A stretch of 64,000 nucleotides of DNA from a virus: positions 1 through 64,000 of IMG/VR virus record IMGVR_UViG_3300046665_000434; one strand, given 5' to 3'. The position numbers were made by a program, and so were the translations under genes. Below the pieces are notes generated by a model, which saw only the letters and a program-made list of their open reading frames with translations, was not told the origin of the DNA and did no database searches. Below are positions 30,688 through 40,075 of the stretch, piece after piece (position 1 is the first letter of the stretch; each line of letters starts with the position of its first letter).

Positions 30688-31110
30688 ATGACTATCGCCA
30701 CCACAGCTAGTGTCAACCTCCCAACTACCCTACTTGACAAAATCAAAAGCTCCCGTACCACGTTGGGCGACCAGCTCACGTTGGAAGCTGAAATCGCCGG
30801 TCGCCTCGAAGCCTCTCTGAAACACGACGAGTCGTTGAAGATCATTCGCGATTCGATCCCCGGTGAGGTCATGACGTTCGTTCCTAAATGGACACCGCAG
30901 ACCGGTATGTTCGTACTGGTCAAGGAAGAACTTCACACCGCAGTTTACGCGACCCTTACCAGCGCTGACATCGACCTGACAGTTCCATTGCAGATCGTTG
31001 GCATCGGGTATAACCTGGACGAAGTCGTGTTTAATCTTCGGACTATGTCCGGGGGTAACCTCTACATTGATTACACCGCCGTTGTTCCATGGCAGCTTGA
31101 CGCCGAATAA
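30688..31110 (+). CDS. Arc-like ribbon-helix-helix protein paralog
   Basis: SVNLP..LLDKIK...LEAEIAGRLEASL and WTPQTGMFV, resembling next gene. Confidence 0.55.
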   Translation: MTIATTASVNLPTTLLDKIKSSRTTLGDQLTLEAEIAGRLEASLKHDESLKIIRDSIPGEVMTFVPKWTPQTGMFVLVKEELHTAVYATLTSADIDLTVPLQIVGIGYNLDEVVFNLRTMSGGNLYIDYTAVVPWQLDAE

Positions 31111-31132
31111 CCGATTGGCATAGGACGGATTT

Positions 31133-31525
31133 ATGGCTTCCGATAACTTTGCTAAGATCCCGTTAGAACTCCCGGCGGATATATGCAGGCAGGTGTCACT
31201 CCAGGCGCAAGCCAGAGGACGGTCCATGAATGGCGAGATTGTTGTTCGTTTGGAACGTAGCCTCGAACACGATAAACTTCGAGAAGCGGCAGCTGATCGG
31301 CCTGTGCCTTCAGTGGAACGCACCTGGATTCCTCGGGAAGGCATGTGGATTCAACTAAAAGAGTCAGAGAACGAGTCTGCGGCAGATGTGTTGAAAGATC
31401 GCATCTTTCAAATCGAGGCACTTCACCGCGAACACGGCGAGATGGTGTTTTACGCCCGAAATAACTTCGGCACTACCATGGTCGTCAAAGCCGCTGCGTT
31501 CCAGCCCGTCGTTCTGACCTATTAG
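31133..31525 (+). CDS. Arc family DNA-binding protein with C-terminal beta domain
   Basis: IPLELPADICRQVSLQAQARGRSMNGEIVVRLERSL matches the Arc repressor pattern. Confidence 0.8.
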   Translation: MASDNFAKIPLELPADICRQVSLQAQARGRSMNGEIVVRLERSLEHDKLREAAADRPVPSVERTWIPREGMWIQLKESENESAADVLKDRIFQIEALHREHGEMVFYARNNFGTTMVVKAAAFQPVVLTY

Positions 31526-31575
31526 TAAATAATCACCATCATGACTTATCGTGTAGTTAACTAACTAGGTAAGTC

Positions 31576-32226
31576 ATGATGCGTGGTGTATTCATTGCTT
31601 TAGAAGGTATCGACGGTTCTGGTAAGACTACGGTCCGAGAGACTATCGCTGCTTATATCCGACTCAAGAACCTGACGCCCGTACTGACTCGCGAGCCTGG
31701 CGGCACGCCGTTTGCTGAACGTGTCCGTGATCTGATTCTCAAGGATCGTGACGAGCCCGTCAGCGATAAGGCAGAAGTGCTGCTGTTTTTCACATCCCGT
31801 GAGATCCATCTGAATAACGTGATCCGTCCCCATCTTGAGGAAGGTTCTGTCGTTATCTCAGATCGGTTCGTTGATTCGACCTACGCCTATCAGGCGGCTG
31901 GCGGGAGTGTTGATCAGGGTTTCATCGACGCACTCACTGCAAGCGTGGTGGGCGACAACCATCCGGATATCACGTTTTTATTTACCGTCGATCCGCAAGT
32001 CGGCTTTGACCGGGCCTTGAAACGCGGCGTTGTCAACGTGATGGACAGTAAAGGTATTGCGTATTACGAACGTGCTCAAGCTGAGTATCTTCGTCGTGCC
32101 GCACTGGCCCCTGCGCGATATCGAGTCATCGATGCCAACCGTCCGTTGCAAGACGTCCAGAACGAGGTCATCGACCAGCTGGAAGTCTTCATCAATGACC
32201 GCTGGAAAAACACCTACCTGAAATAA
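31576..32226 (+). CDS. tmk: Thymidylate kinase
   Basis: FIALEGIDGSGKTT, TREPGGT, SDRFVDSTYAYQ. Confidence 0.95.
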   Translation: MMRGVFIALEGIDGSGKTTVRETIAAYIRLKNLTPVLTREPGGTPFAERVRDLILKDRDEPVSDKAEVLLFFTSREIHLNNVIRPHLEEGSVVISDRFVDSTYAYQAAGGSVDQGFIDALTASVVGDNHPDITFLFTVDPQVGFDRALKRGVVNVMDSKGIAYYERAQAEYLRRAALAPARYRVIDANRPLQDVQNEVIDQLEVFINDRWKNTYLK

Positions 32227-32235
32227 GGAGTTACC

Positions 32236-33675
32236 GTGACTGACCCAATTGATCAAGACGTGTACGAAGCGTATCCTTACGAGAAGCAGCTCGAGACCAT
32301 TTTCTGTGTCGACAAAGCTTCCGTGTTTTACAACCTCCCGGCCCAGGCCAACGGCGTCATCCCGATCGAGCTGAACGCAGTTTGCACTGCTCTGCGCTGG
32401 GCTGTGAGCTGGATGCCTCGCAAGATGGCCGAGATGTCTCAGTCGGTCCTGCATTGGATTCCGTACGGCCCTATCCTCAAGATGTCCGCCACTGGTGACT
32501 TCGATCTGGCCGTGTATCAGCGCCCCACCAAGAACAATGGTGAAGCACGCCTAGCTGGCAAGTACTCGTGCGGCTGGGCAGGACATGTCGATGTTGCTGA
32601 CCAAGTGATTGACCATCGCTCCGTGGTCAATGTACAACACACGCTGACCAAATCGTTCCTGCGCGAGATCAGCGAAGAAGCGGTCTTCACTCTGAATGGT
32701 GAAGTGATCACGGTGGAATCCCGCCCTGATATCTTCCGCATCGTGGTGATGGGCCTGATCTACGACAACACCGACAACGTCGGTCTGACTCACCTGGGTG
32801 TCGCCTACGCGATCATCATCAATAATCCTGACGTGCAGATCTCGAGCGTCCGGCCTGATGAGATCGTCAACCCTCACTTCATCGACCTGAGCCTCGTCGA
32901 AAGCAAAGGCTACGACTTCGAAAACTGGTCGAAGTTCCTGGTGGCGGAGCTTAGTAAAGACTATCTGTCGAAGCCGCAGACAAGTGTGTTTACGGCGACC
33001 TCTCTGGGTGAAATGGCGGGTGAAACTGACCTGGCGATGGACGACTTCATCGCCAAGTATCGTTCCACCGAACCTCAGACCTTCTGGACTCAGGTTGAGC
33101 GTGACGGCAAAACGGTCTGGGAACATCCGGCGCTCAAAGCACTGATCGACGGCGATAAACCGCTGACCGATGCTTACGACTTCGACACAGAAGAAGGTCG
33201 GGTCGAGTTCACTAAGCTGGTAAAAAACACGACTGCCGCAGCTGATGTCGCCGCCGCATTGACCAGCGCCAATAACACCGTTCGCGGTCGGAAAGGACCT
33301 ATCACTCCGGTTGATGGCTCACCTTATCTCTCTGGCGCCGCTGCTTACAAGACCACCGCTGTCGATGAGTCTCCGGAAATCGACAAACGGATGTTCGAAA
33401 TCGAACTGGCGGCTGAAGATGAGCAGAAGGTTCAGACAGCGCTCTGGCTGAAGAACCAATACTTTACTCAACTCGAGCAGAAGTATCCTGAGGTCGCCGA
33501 ATCTATTCGCGAGGCCTCTTCCCTCATGGAAGATATCATCAAAGTTGACCCTCGCCTGGCGAAGCAACCTGATGATCAGCCTCGTGCGACGGTTTCCGTT
33601 TCTTACGAATTTCGTATTAACGGCATTCCTCTCGATGCTACCAGCGCCATCCTCAGAGTCCGTCCGCCACAATAA
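32236..33675 (+). CDS. NUDIX-family phosphoesterase with long C-terminal extension
   Basis: GEARLAGKYSCGWAGHVD...LREISEE, GLIYD...VG..HLG, FENWS. Confidence 0.75.
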   Translation: MTDPIDQDVYEAYPYEKQLETIFCVDKASVFYNLPAQANGVIPIELNAVCTALRWAVSWMPRKMAEMSQSVLHWIPYGPILKMSATGDFDLAVYQRPTKNNGEARLAGKYSCGWAGHVDVADQVIDHRSVVNVQHTLTKSFLREISEEAVFTLNGEVITVESRPDIFRIVVMGLIYDNTDNVGLTHLGVAYAIIINNPDVQISSVRPDEIVNPHFIDLSLVESKGYDFENWSKFLVAELSKDYLSKPQTSVFTATSLGEMAGETDLAMDDFIAKYRSTEPQTFWTQVERDGKTVWEHPALKALIDGDKPLTDAYDFDTEEGRVEFTKLVKNTTAAADVAAALTSANNTVRGRKGPITPVDGSPYLSGAAAYKTTAVDESPEIDKRMFEIELAAEDEQKVQTALWLKNQYFTQLEQKYPEVAESIREASSLMEDIIKVDPRLAKQPDDQPRATVSVSYEFRINGIPLDATSAILRVRPPQ

Positions 33676-33735
33676 CGCGTAAGCCTAGGTGACCCTACCG
33701 AAAGGTGGGGTCTCTATGTCCCTTGGAGACTATGT

Positions 33736-35268
33736 ATGTTAAACGCTGTTGATCAAACGTTCCATGACCTCTATTCCAACATCCTTGAAAATGGCCACTT
33801 CAAAGGTGACCGTACGGCAGTCGGTACGTTGATGCTGCCGGCACAGATGATGCGATTCGATACCAGTAATGGGCAGATTCCGATCCTGTCGACTCGCTAC
33901 GTGCCTACCAAAGCGTTCCGTCGTGAAATGCTCGATCTCTTCGTTGCCGGTACGTCGAGTATCAAGGAACTGCGCGCCAACAAAGTCGGTATCTGGGACA
34001 GCTGGTTTATCAAAGGTACTGATCGGTACGAAGAAGCCGTATTGCACACGGTAACTGAAATGATGGATCTTGCCAAAGAAAAGGTAGGGTGGGCGGAAGT
34101 AACTAAATTGGTCGACCCGCTGGCAGGTAACGGCGAACAGTCCATCAATCGGCCATACCGAGCAATGAAGATCCGTGAAGCTTTGGCCAAAGAATTCGGC
34201 ATCCCTCTTTATAAATCAACCCCAACACCAATCTCGATCCAGCGCCGCCTGGCCCGTGTATCGAAGAATAACCTAGTAGCGTGGGGAGCTATTGCCGCCA
34301 CAATCGACGGCCTGGGCACTCCTGACGTTGAACACACGGTCATCAAACTGGTGGTGTTCAGCCCTACTGAGAAAGTCTTCGGGGAACTTGACTTCCCTGA
34401 GCGCTGGTTGCCGCAGCTGGAGGCAGTGCTCGATCTGCTGAAGATCCCCAAATACGAACTGGTCGATGCCGACATCGGCAAAGGGTCGTACGGTATCCAG
34501 TGGCGGAAGTGGAAGGACACTCAGGTTGTCCGTGCTGACGAGAACCTGATCGACTGGACCGACCGGGGCTACAAGGTTCTCGGCGTGGTCAACAGCCCTG
34601 ATTTGCCGCGTGGTACTGTGGTCGTTGAACGGGAGATCGATCAGCTGCAAAATATGATCGATCAGCTGAGATACGAGCCCGATGACCGCCGCATCATCGT
34701 CAGTGCGTGGAACCCCGGCCGTATCTGGCAAGCTGCACTGCCTCCTTGCCATCTGTACTTCCAGTGCGTCAGCTGGGAACTCAGTACTCGTGCTGAATTC
34801 GAAGAACAAATCAACAAGGCCAATCTGGGTAAAGACTACCTAGTGGCGTTGATGGAGACGGATTACGATCCAGACTCTGACGAAGAATCGGTAGAGTTTG
34901 CGCGCAAGTTCTGCGTAGAACATCAGCTGCCTATCCGCACGATGACCATGTTCGTTGTCCTGCGTTCCAGCGATACTCCCCTCGGCGCCGTCTTCAATGC
35001 AGCCCAGTACGCGTACCTGCAACACATGATCGCTCATGTTACCAACCATGCTACTTCTGAATTGGTAACGGTAGGTGTAGACTCCCACATCTACACGAAC
35101 CAGATCGAGAAGGTCAAGGAACTCCTTACCCGGGAAACCCCAGAAGGTAGCAATCCTCGAGTCGTCTTCAACCGCAAGGTTACTGACATCGATGATTTCA
35201 AACTGGAGGATATCGACATCGTCGATTACTTCCCTGGTCCGAAGCTGGATATTCCGGTAGCCGTGTGA
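33736..35268 (+). CDS. thyA: Thymidylate synthase with large insertions
   Basis: DRTAVGT, YGIQWR, IDQL, RRIIVSAWNP, ALPPCH, RSSD..LG..FN, DSHIY. Confidence 0.95.
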   Translation: MLNAVDQTFHDLYSNILENGHFKGDRTAVGTLMLPAQMMRFDTSNGQIPILSTRYVPTKAFRREMLDLFVAGTSSIKELRANKVGIWDSWFIKGTDRYEEAVLHTVTEMMDLAKEKVGWAEVTKLVDPLAGNGEQSINRPYRAMKIREALAKEFGIPLYKSTPTPISIQRRLARVSKNNLVAWGAIAATIDGLGTPDVEHTVIKLVVFSPTEKVFGELDFPERWLPQLEAVLDLLKIPKYELVDADIGKGSYGIQWRKWKDTQVVRADENLIDWTDRGYKVLGVVNSPDLPRGTVVVEREIDQLQNMIDQLRYEPDDRRIIVSAWNPGRIWQAALPPCHLYFQCVSWELSTRAEFEEQINKANLGKDYLVALMETDYDPDSDEESVEFARKFCVEHQLPIRTMTMFVVLRSSDTPLGAVFNAAQYAYLQHMIAHVTNHATSELVTVGVDSHIYTNQIEKVKELLTRETPEGSNPRVVFNRKVTDIDDFKLEDIDIVDYFPGPKLDIPVAV

Positions 35269-35309
35269 ATAAATAGCCTCAAGGATGAGGCGTTTACGGA
35301 GATTAGATC

Positions 35310-35480
35310 ATGGAGCGAGTATTCCTCGTCGCCGATAAACGCGATGGTCAGCAATTGAAAGTGGCTGGCGTTGATCGGCTTGCAGATCTGTTGCAGATAA
35401 AGGTGGAAGAGATCCCGGAACTCCGACTGTATAAATGGAGTGTTGATCCTTACGTCGTCGTCGAACTCAATCAGGAATAG
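35310..35480 (+). CDS. 56 aa hypothetical protein
   Basis: Below cutoff; GGAG RBS; fills gap on + strand. Confidence 0.5.
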   Translation: MERVFLVADKRDGQQLKVAGVDRLADLLQIKVEEIPELRLYKWSVDPYVVVELNQE

Positions 35481-35485
35481 AATTA

Positions 35486-35887
35486 ATGGCAACTCCAGAA
35501 ATTACACTGACCAACCCAACTATCGGCAAATGGGTAATGGAAGACGGGATACCGGTAGCTAAGGACCTCATCACGTTCACTGGACCGATGGTTCTGGTTT
35601 GTCATCGCGATGATGGTAATCTGTTTAATGGACGGTATTCCTACGTGGACCAACACGTAACCATCGAGGTCCAGCTGTTTCACAAAATCCGTTCAGGTGA
35701 ACTTGAACTCAGTTTGGTAAAACTGGAATTCGCTCCCGGATACCAGAGCCAGGAAGAAAGTGGGTACTCGCTAGTCTCAGTCACCCCTGTGGCGCAGACC
35801 GGCGATGCGGCTAATGTATTACCTCAATTGCAAATTACGCCATTAGCTTCTTGGGCTGTAGGGTCTGTTAAGATCGAAGCTGTCTGA
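35486..35887 (+). CDS. Hypothetical protein
   Basis: 133 aa, AGGA RBS. Confidence 0.65.
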   Translation: MATPEITLTNPTIGKWVMEDGIPVAKDLITFTGPMVLVCHRDDGNLFNGRYSYVDQHVTIEVQLFHKIRSGELELSLVKLEFAPGYQSQEESGYSLVSVTPVAQTGDAANVLPQLQITPLASWAVGSVKIEAV

Positions 35888-35950
35888 CAGTAAATCCTCA
35901 CAAACAATCCTTTTAGTGTGAACAAGATCAATTAAACCAGGAGAAGTACA

Positions 35951-37588
35951 ATGACTGACGTCCAAGACCCTAACGCAGCTTCTGCTGCTAGCCCTTACGC
36001 CAAAGAAGCCGTTAACGACCGCTTCACCCACGTCGGTGCGTTCGTGCGTCAGACGTTCGATGAGCGCCTCAAGGAACACAAGGGCCAACTGTTCCACACC
36101 AAGACCAAAGGTCTGTCCACCGCTTACCTGGATAGCTTCGAAGATCCGGCGTTCAAGCAGTCGGTCAACTGTGTGTGCTGTCAGCAGTTCATCCGCAACT
36201 TCGGTGGCTTGTGCTTCATCACCGACACCGGCGAGGTCGTCTCGGCTATCTGGGATGCCACCAACGTCTCTGACGAGTACAAGGTAGCCTTCGGTGCACT
36301 CGAGAAAGAAGTCTCCTCTCGGCGCCCAGTAGGTCGTTTCTGGGGCCCTCTGGAACCTTGGGGTCGTAGCGAAGTCAACGGCTGGAAACACTTCAGCCTG
36401 CCGATGATGGAAGAGTTCTCGCACGCCGCTCCTTCTGGCCGTAACGGCGCTTCGCGTACCGCAGCCACAACGCTCAACCTGGCTCTGAACGACTTCTCGC
36501 TGGAAGACTGCAATCGTGCCATGCACGTCCTGTCCTCCGGTGCGCTGAACAACCAGAAGAAGTTCGTCCCGATGATGCAGTTCCTCATCGACCTGCATCA
36601 AGACATCGTCAAGTACGGCAACCGTTCTGAACTGGTAGTGAAAGCTGCCGGCTACTGCCCGGACGGCTGGTCGACTCCTCGTGACTCGATGATCGGTAAC
36701 CTGATCGGTTGGGTACGTGAAGGCAAGAACGGTACGTGGATCACCCGTAACTGGAACGACCGTGTCCGTCCTGAAGTGTTCAAACGTCCAACCGAAGCGC
36801 CAGCGGCTGGTCAGATCCGTTCTGCTGAGAAGCTGATCGAAGAACTGGGTCTCAAGGAATCGTTGAAGCGTCGTCTGGCGACCTTCGACGAAATCAAACC
36901 GTTCGCTCTCTGGGTCAAACCTGAAGCGGTTCCTGAAGAACCAGCAGCTGACGGCGGCGTATTTGGCCATCTGACGCCTAAGGGTAAGGCTGAGGCCACC
37001 AAGCAAGAGATCGAACTGCCTCCAGTCGGTGTGTCGCTCAATGAGTTCATCTCGGACATCTTGCCGAAAGCCAAGTCGATCGAGGTCAGCTTGCTGCGCC
37101 ACCAGAAGTTCCGCTTCTCTGGCTTCATGACGGCTGTCGATCCTGAGGCACCGCCAATCCTGAAGTGGGACAGCGAGACTGACCGTAACCCGTTCAGCGG
37201 CTGGGCGATTCGTGGTACTGACGATGCCGGTATCCATCCGTATCACCGTGGACTGCCTAACCAGCAGTGGCACGAGATCAGCGGGTTCTTCGCTCCATGC
37301 TCCGACTGGTCAGACTACGGCCGTTCTATCAACCAGGGCGGTGCAATGATCGTTACTGTACCGGGCCAAATCCCGTACACCGATCTGGGTCAGGCGTTGT
37401 TCCCTGACTGCGTCACCAGTAAGTTGCATGCGGTTCGTGCCACCATCGAATCGTACAGCAACAACACTCCATGCCCTAACCCGGATGAAGTGTCTGGCCT
37501 CGGTTTGGTATTGGGCGTTAACTCGGTCCTGCGCGTCAAGACGGAGTCTGGTTCTGTCACCTACCACATCGCTTACGTAAACCGCTAA
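35951..37588 (+). CDS. Hypothetical protein with NCxCC motif
   Basis: 545 aa, strong codon bias, AGGAG RBS, NCVCCQQFIRNFGGL, GWKHF, RNPFSGW. Confidence 0.8.
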   Translation: MTDVQDPNAASAASPYAKEAVNDRFTHVGAFVRQTFDERLKEHKGQLFHTKTKGLSTAYLDSFEDPAFKQSVNCVCCQQFIRNFGGLCFITDTGEVVSAIWDATNVSDEYKVAFGALEKEVSSRRPVGRFWGPLEPWGRSEVNGWKHFSLPMMEEFSHAAPSGRNGASRTAATTLNLALNDFSLEDCNRAMHVLSSGALNNQKKFVPMMQFLIDLHQDIVKYGNRSELVVKAAGYCPDGWSTPRDSMIGNLIGWVREGKNGTWITRNWNDRVRPEVFKRPTEAPAAGQIRSAEKLIEELGLKESLKRRLATFDEIKPFALWVKPEAVPEEPAADGGVFGHLTPKGKAEATKQEIELPPVGVSLNEFISDILPKAKSIEVSLLRHQKFRFSGFMTAVDPEAPPILKWDSETDRNPFSGWAIRGTDDAGIHPYHRGLPNQQWHEISGFFAPCSDWSDYGRSINQGGAMIVTVPGQIPYTDLGQALFPDCVTSKLHAVRATIESYSNNTPCPNPDEVSGLGLVLGVNSVLRVKTESGSVTYHIAYVNR

Positions 37589-37599
37589 ACCGCATATAG

Positions 37600-37625
37600 C
37601 CACAGGTGGGATGTCCCACCTGTGG
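37600..37625 (+). terminator. Intergenic hairpin
   Basis: CCACAGGTGGGA-TG-TCCCACCTGTGG. Confidence 0.7.
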
Positions 37626-37655
37626 TCTATTCTTTTATAGAAGGATGATCTACCG

Positions 37656-37898
37656 ATGGCCAAGAAGAACCATGTACCGAACTCCCTGCAATTCGGTATG
37701 AGTAACCGCGAACTCAAACGCCGCCAAGCCGAAGAGTTCAACCGTAACTACAACACCAGCAAAGCCCTCGACGCCGCAGTGAAGATGCAGCACAACATGC
37801 GTTTCGTTAATGGCGAAGCATCGCATCCACAACTGACCCCTCCGCCGGTCCCTATCGATGAAACTCCGATCCCTATCGGCGAAGTAGTCCTGGAGTAA
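37656..37898 (+). CDS. Hypothetical protein
   Basis: 80 aa, AAGGA RBS, biased codons. Confidence 0.65.
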   Translation: MAKKNHVPNSLQFGMSNRELKRRQAEEFNRNYNTSKALDAAVKMQHNMRFVNGEASHPQLTPPPVPIDETPIPIGEVVLE

Positions 37899-37902
37899 CG
37901 CC

Positions 37903-38751
37903 ATGTTCCACGATATCATCAAAGCTGGCCCCATCGTGGAACGCGCTCTGCTCTTTGCTGCCGCAGCTCATGCGGCAGTTGAACAGAAGCGTAAGTACAG
38001 TGGCGAAGACTACATCAATCATCCGATGGAAGTATGCCGCATCCTCATGCACCACGGCGTTCACAACCAGACGATTTTGGCAGCTGCTTTACTCCACGAT
38101 GTCATCGAAGATACGGGCGTTACAGAAAAGCAACTGCGGATGTATTTCAGTAAAGACGTGGCCGATGTGGTCATGGACCTTACCGATGTGTCGAAACCTG
38201 AAGACGGTAACCGAAAGACCCGTAAAGACCTCGATCGCCAACATTCGGCAAACGGTTCCTGGGAAGCTCAGACGGCCAAGTACGCCGACTGTATCAGTAA
38301 CGCCAGGTCAATTCGAAAAGACGATCCTGATTTCTGGAAAGTCTATCGTCACGAAATGCTGGCGCTGCTTGACATCATGACTGATGGCGACCATGTATTA
38401 CGTCATTTCGCGCTCCTTGAACTCGGGGCTGCACCACCTATCAGTGTATCGTACCGCGAACACCGTTGGGGTTGGGAAGGTCGCGAGGGTGAGGAACCAT
38501 TGGTCGAAGGGACTGTCAGTTCTCTGGAAGAGTTGATGAAAGTGCCCTTCATCAAGCGCCGGCGGGAAGGAAAGGGTTTTCATCAGTTTAGCGTCGCAGT
38601 CCCCGGGGACTCGAAGCTTATCGACACCGCCGTCTCTCACTTGATGGTGGAGTCCGGTAGCCCACGGGAGAGTAAGGTCATCGGGATCTTGGTAGGTGAC
38701 TTTAAGCTACTGGGTCTCCCGTACTGGGATGATTGGCAGATTCAGGCGTGA
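37903..38751 (+). CDS. RelA/SpoT-type HD-domain small alarmone hydrolase (Mesh1-like) with C-terminal extra domain
   Basis: AH...QKRKYSGEDYINHP, AALLHDVIEDT, LTD, KYADCISN. Confidence 0.88.
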   Translation: MFHDIIKAGPIVERALLFAAAAHAAVEQKRKYSGEDYINHPMEVCRILMHHGVHNQTILAAALLHDVIEDTGVTEKQLRMYFSKDVADVVMDLTDVSKPEDGNRKTRKDLDRQHSANGSWEAQTAKYADCISNARSIRKDDPDFWKVYRHEMLALLDIMTDGDHVLRHFALLELGAAPPISVSYREHRWGWEGREGEEPLVEGTVSSLEELMKVPFIKRRREGKGFHQFSVAVPGDSKLIDTAVSHLMVESGSPRESKVIGILVGDFKLLGLPYWDDWQIQA

Positions 38752-39023
38752 CAGCCGCGACCGATAAATGGACAAAGCCCGAAGATCTCACTGAGGAACA
38801 GGAGGCTTTGTCCATCGTGGCGCAGTGGAAGTACATCGAAGTGCCAGACGTCGGAGATGGTAAAGCCGTCAATCTCAAGACCGGTACACTTGCGCCGATT
38901 ACTGGCACTGTACTCAAACTTCAAGAGATACAGGTAGGTGATGTCTCTGAAGTGCGAGAAGGAGATACTCGGGACAAGGATGTTGTCGTCCATTATAGAA
39001 ACGGAACCCCAGAATGTCCTTGA
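38748..39023 (+). CDS. Hypothetical protein
   Basis: GTGA overlap with upstream stop. Confidence 0.55.
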   Translation: MTAATDKWTKPEDLTEEQEALSIVAQWKYIEVPDVGDGKAVNLKTGTLAPITGTVLKLQEIQVGDVSEVREGDTRDKDVVVHYRNGTPECP

Positions 39024-39238
39024 TGCGAAAGTTTACATGGGTGTTGGTGATCACCATCGCCACGCTTTTCTTTTCTGTCGTTCTGCCAGAATGGCGCAAG
39101 CATGAAAACAAGGCGGCAAATGTTGTCAAACGGATGGATGATTGCGTATCGTCCGAGAAACAGAAGGGGGTAGGACAAGACCATTTGGATTCGGTCTATC
39201 GAATTTGTTGGATGCGGGCACAACGCAACACTAACTAA
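39014..39238 (+). CDS. Small membrane-anchored protein
   Basis: N-terminal TM helix, two Cys. Confidence 0.6.
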   Translation: MSLMRKFTWVLVITIATLFFSVVLPEWRKHENKAANVVKRMDDCVSSEKQKGVGQDHLDSVYRICWMRAQRNTN

Positions 39239-39259
39239 AATACTGGAGAACTAACTAAC

Positions 39260-40075
39260 ATGACTACAGTCGTATTTGATGGGAAGATTCTGGCAGCCGA
39301 TTCGCGGTGTACTGTTTTTCACAACACTACCGAAGAGGTCTGCACAAACTGTGCGACATCAGCTAACCGTACTATCAAGTCCTACGTGAAACTCCGCGTA
39401 CCGAAGAAGCCGGTGAAGTTCAAAGGCCAGACAGTGGCGGCAGTTACCGGCGCCGGTGCGACTGACTGGACGCACGGTATTCTCCACTGTATCGAGAATG
39501 AACTCGATATCGCAGCAACCCTCACGGCCATGTCGATGTTCGTCGCCAATACGTCCAGACCGCGACTGGTCTTTTCGGGGCGGGTGATGGTGGTTACTGT
39601 AGACGGCGCTTGCTGGCTGCTGGAAACCGAGGGTAATAAACTCAAAGAGACTGAAATCAAGGAGTTCCCGATCTCCATCGGCAGTGGTAGCAAAGCCGCA
39701 ATGACTGCCATCAAGTTCATGGGCCTTTCTCCTGTCGAAGCGGTCATGGTGGCCTCAGACATTGATGAAAGCACCGGCGGCGATGTGTCGTGGATATCGC
39801 TTGACGCTCCTGAGAAATTGGAGACCGTGAAGTTCAAACCTGGTTTCGCTGATAAGTTCAAGAAGGCCAGCAAAACTCCCACTGCCGCCAAGACACCTGC
39901 GGCTACACAGTCATCGGCCCCCAAGCGCTCAAACCCAGCGGCTGCTACCACCGCCAAAGCCCTCGACGCTGTTATCAAACACACCAAGGAGAATGTGAAA
40001 CCGAAGCAACTCGCTAAGAAACCACTTCGCCGCGGTGAAGCTGGACTCAAATCAACGCAGGAGACTAAGAAATAA
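39260..40075 (+). CDS. HslV/proteasome-beta-like Ntn peptidase with basic tail
   Basis: N-terminal MTT, LAADSR, SIGSG, EAV..A..ID.STGG. Confidence 0.8.
   Translation: MTTVVFDGKILAADSRCTVFHNTTEEVCTNCATSANRTIKSYVKLRVPKKPVKFKGQTVAAVTGAGATDWTHGILHCIENELDIAATLTAMSMFVANTSRPRLVFSGRVMVVTVDGACWLLETEGNKLKETEIKEFPISIGSGSKAAMTAIKFMGLSPVEAVMVASDIDESTGGDVSWISLDAPEKLETVKFKPGFADKFKKASKTPTAAKTPAATQSSAPKRSNPAAATTAKALDAVIKHTKENVKPKQLAKKPLRRGEAGLKSTQETKK

Noticed and set aside
33736-35268. ThyA as a dCMP hydroxymethylase or an intein/intron-containing gene
   Set aside because: dUMP-specifying Asn is retained, frame is continuous and no splice motifs are visible
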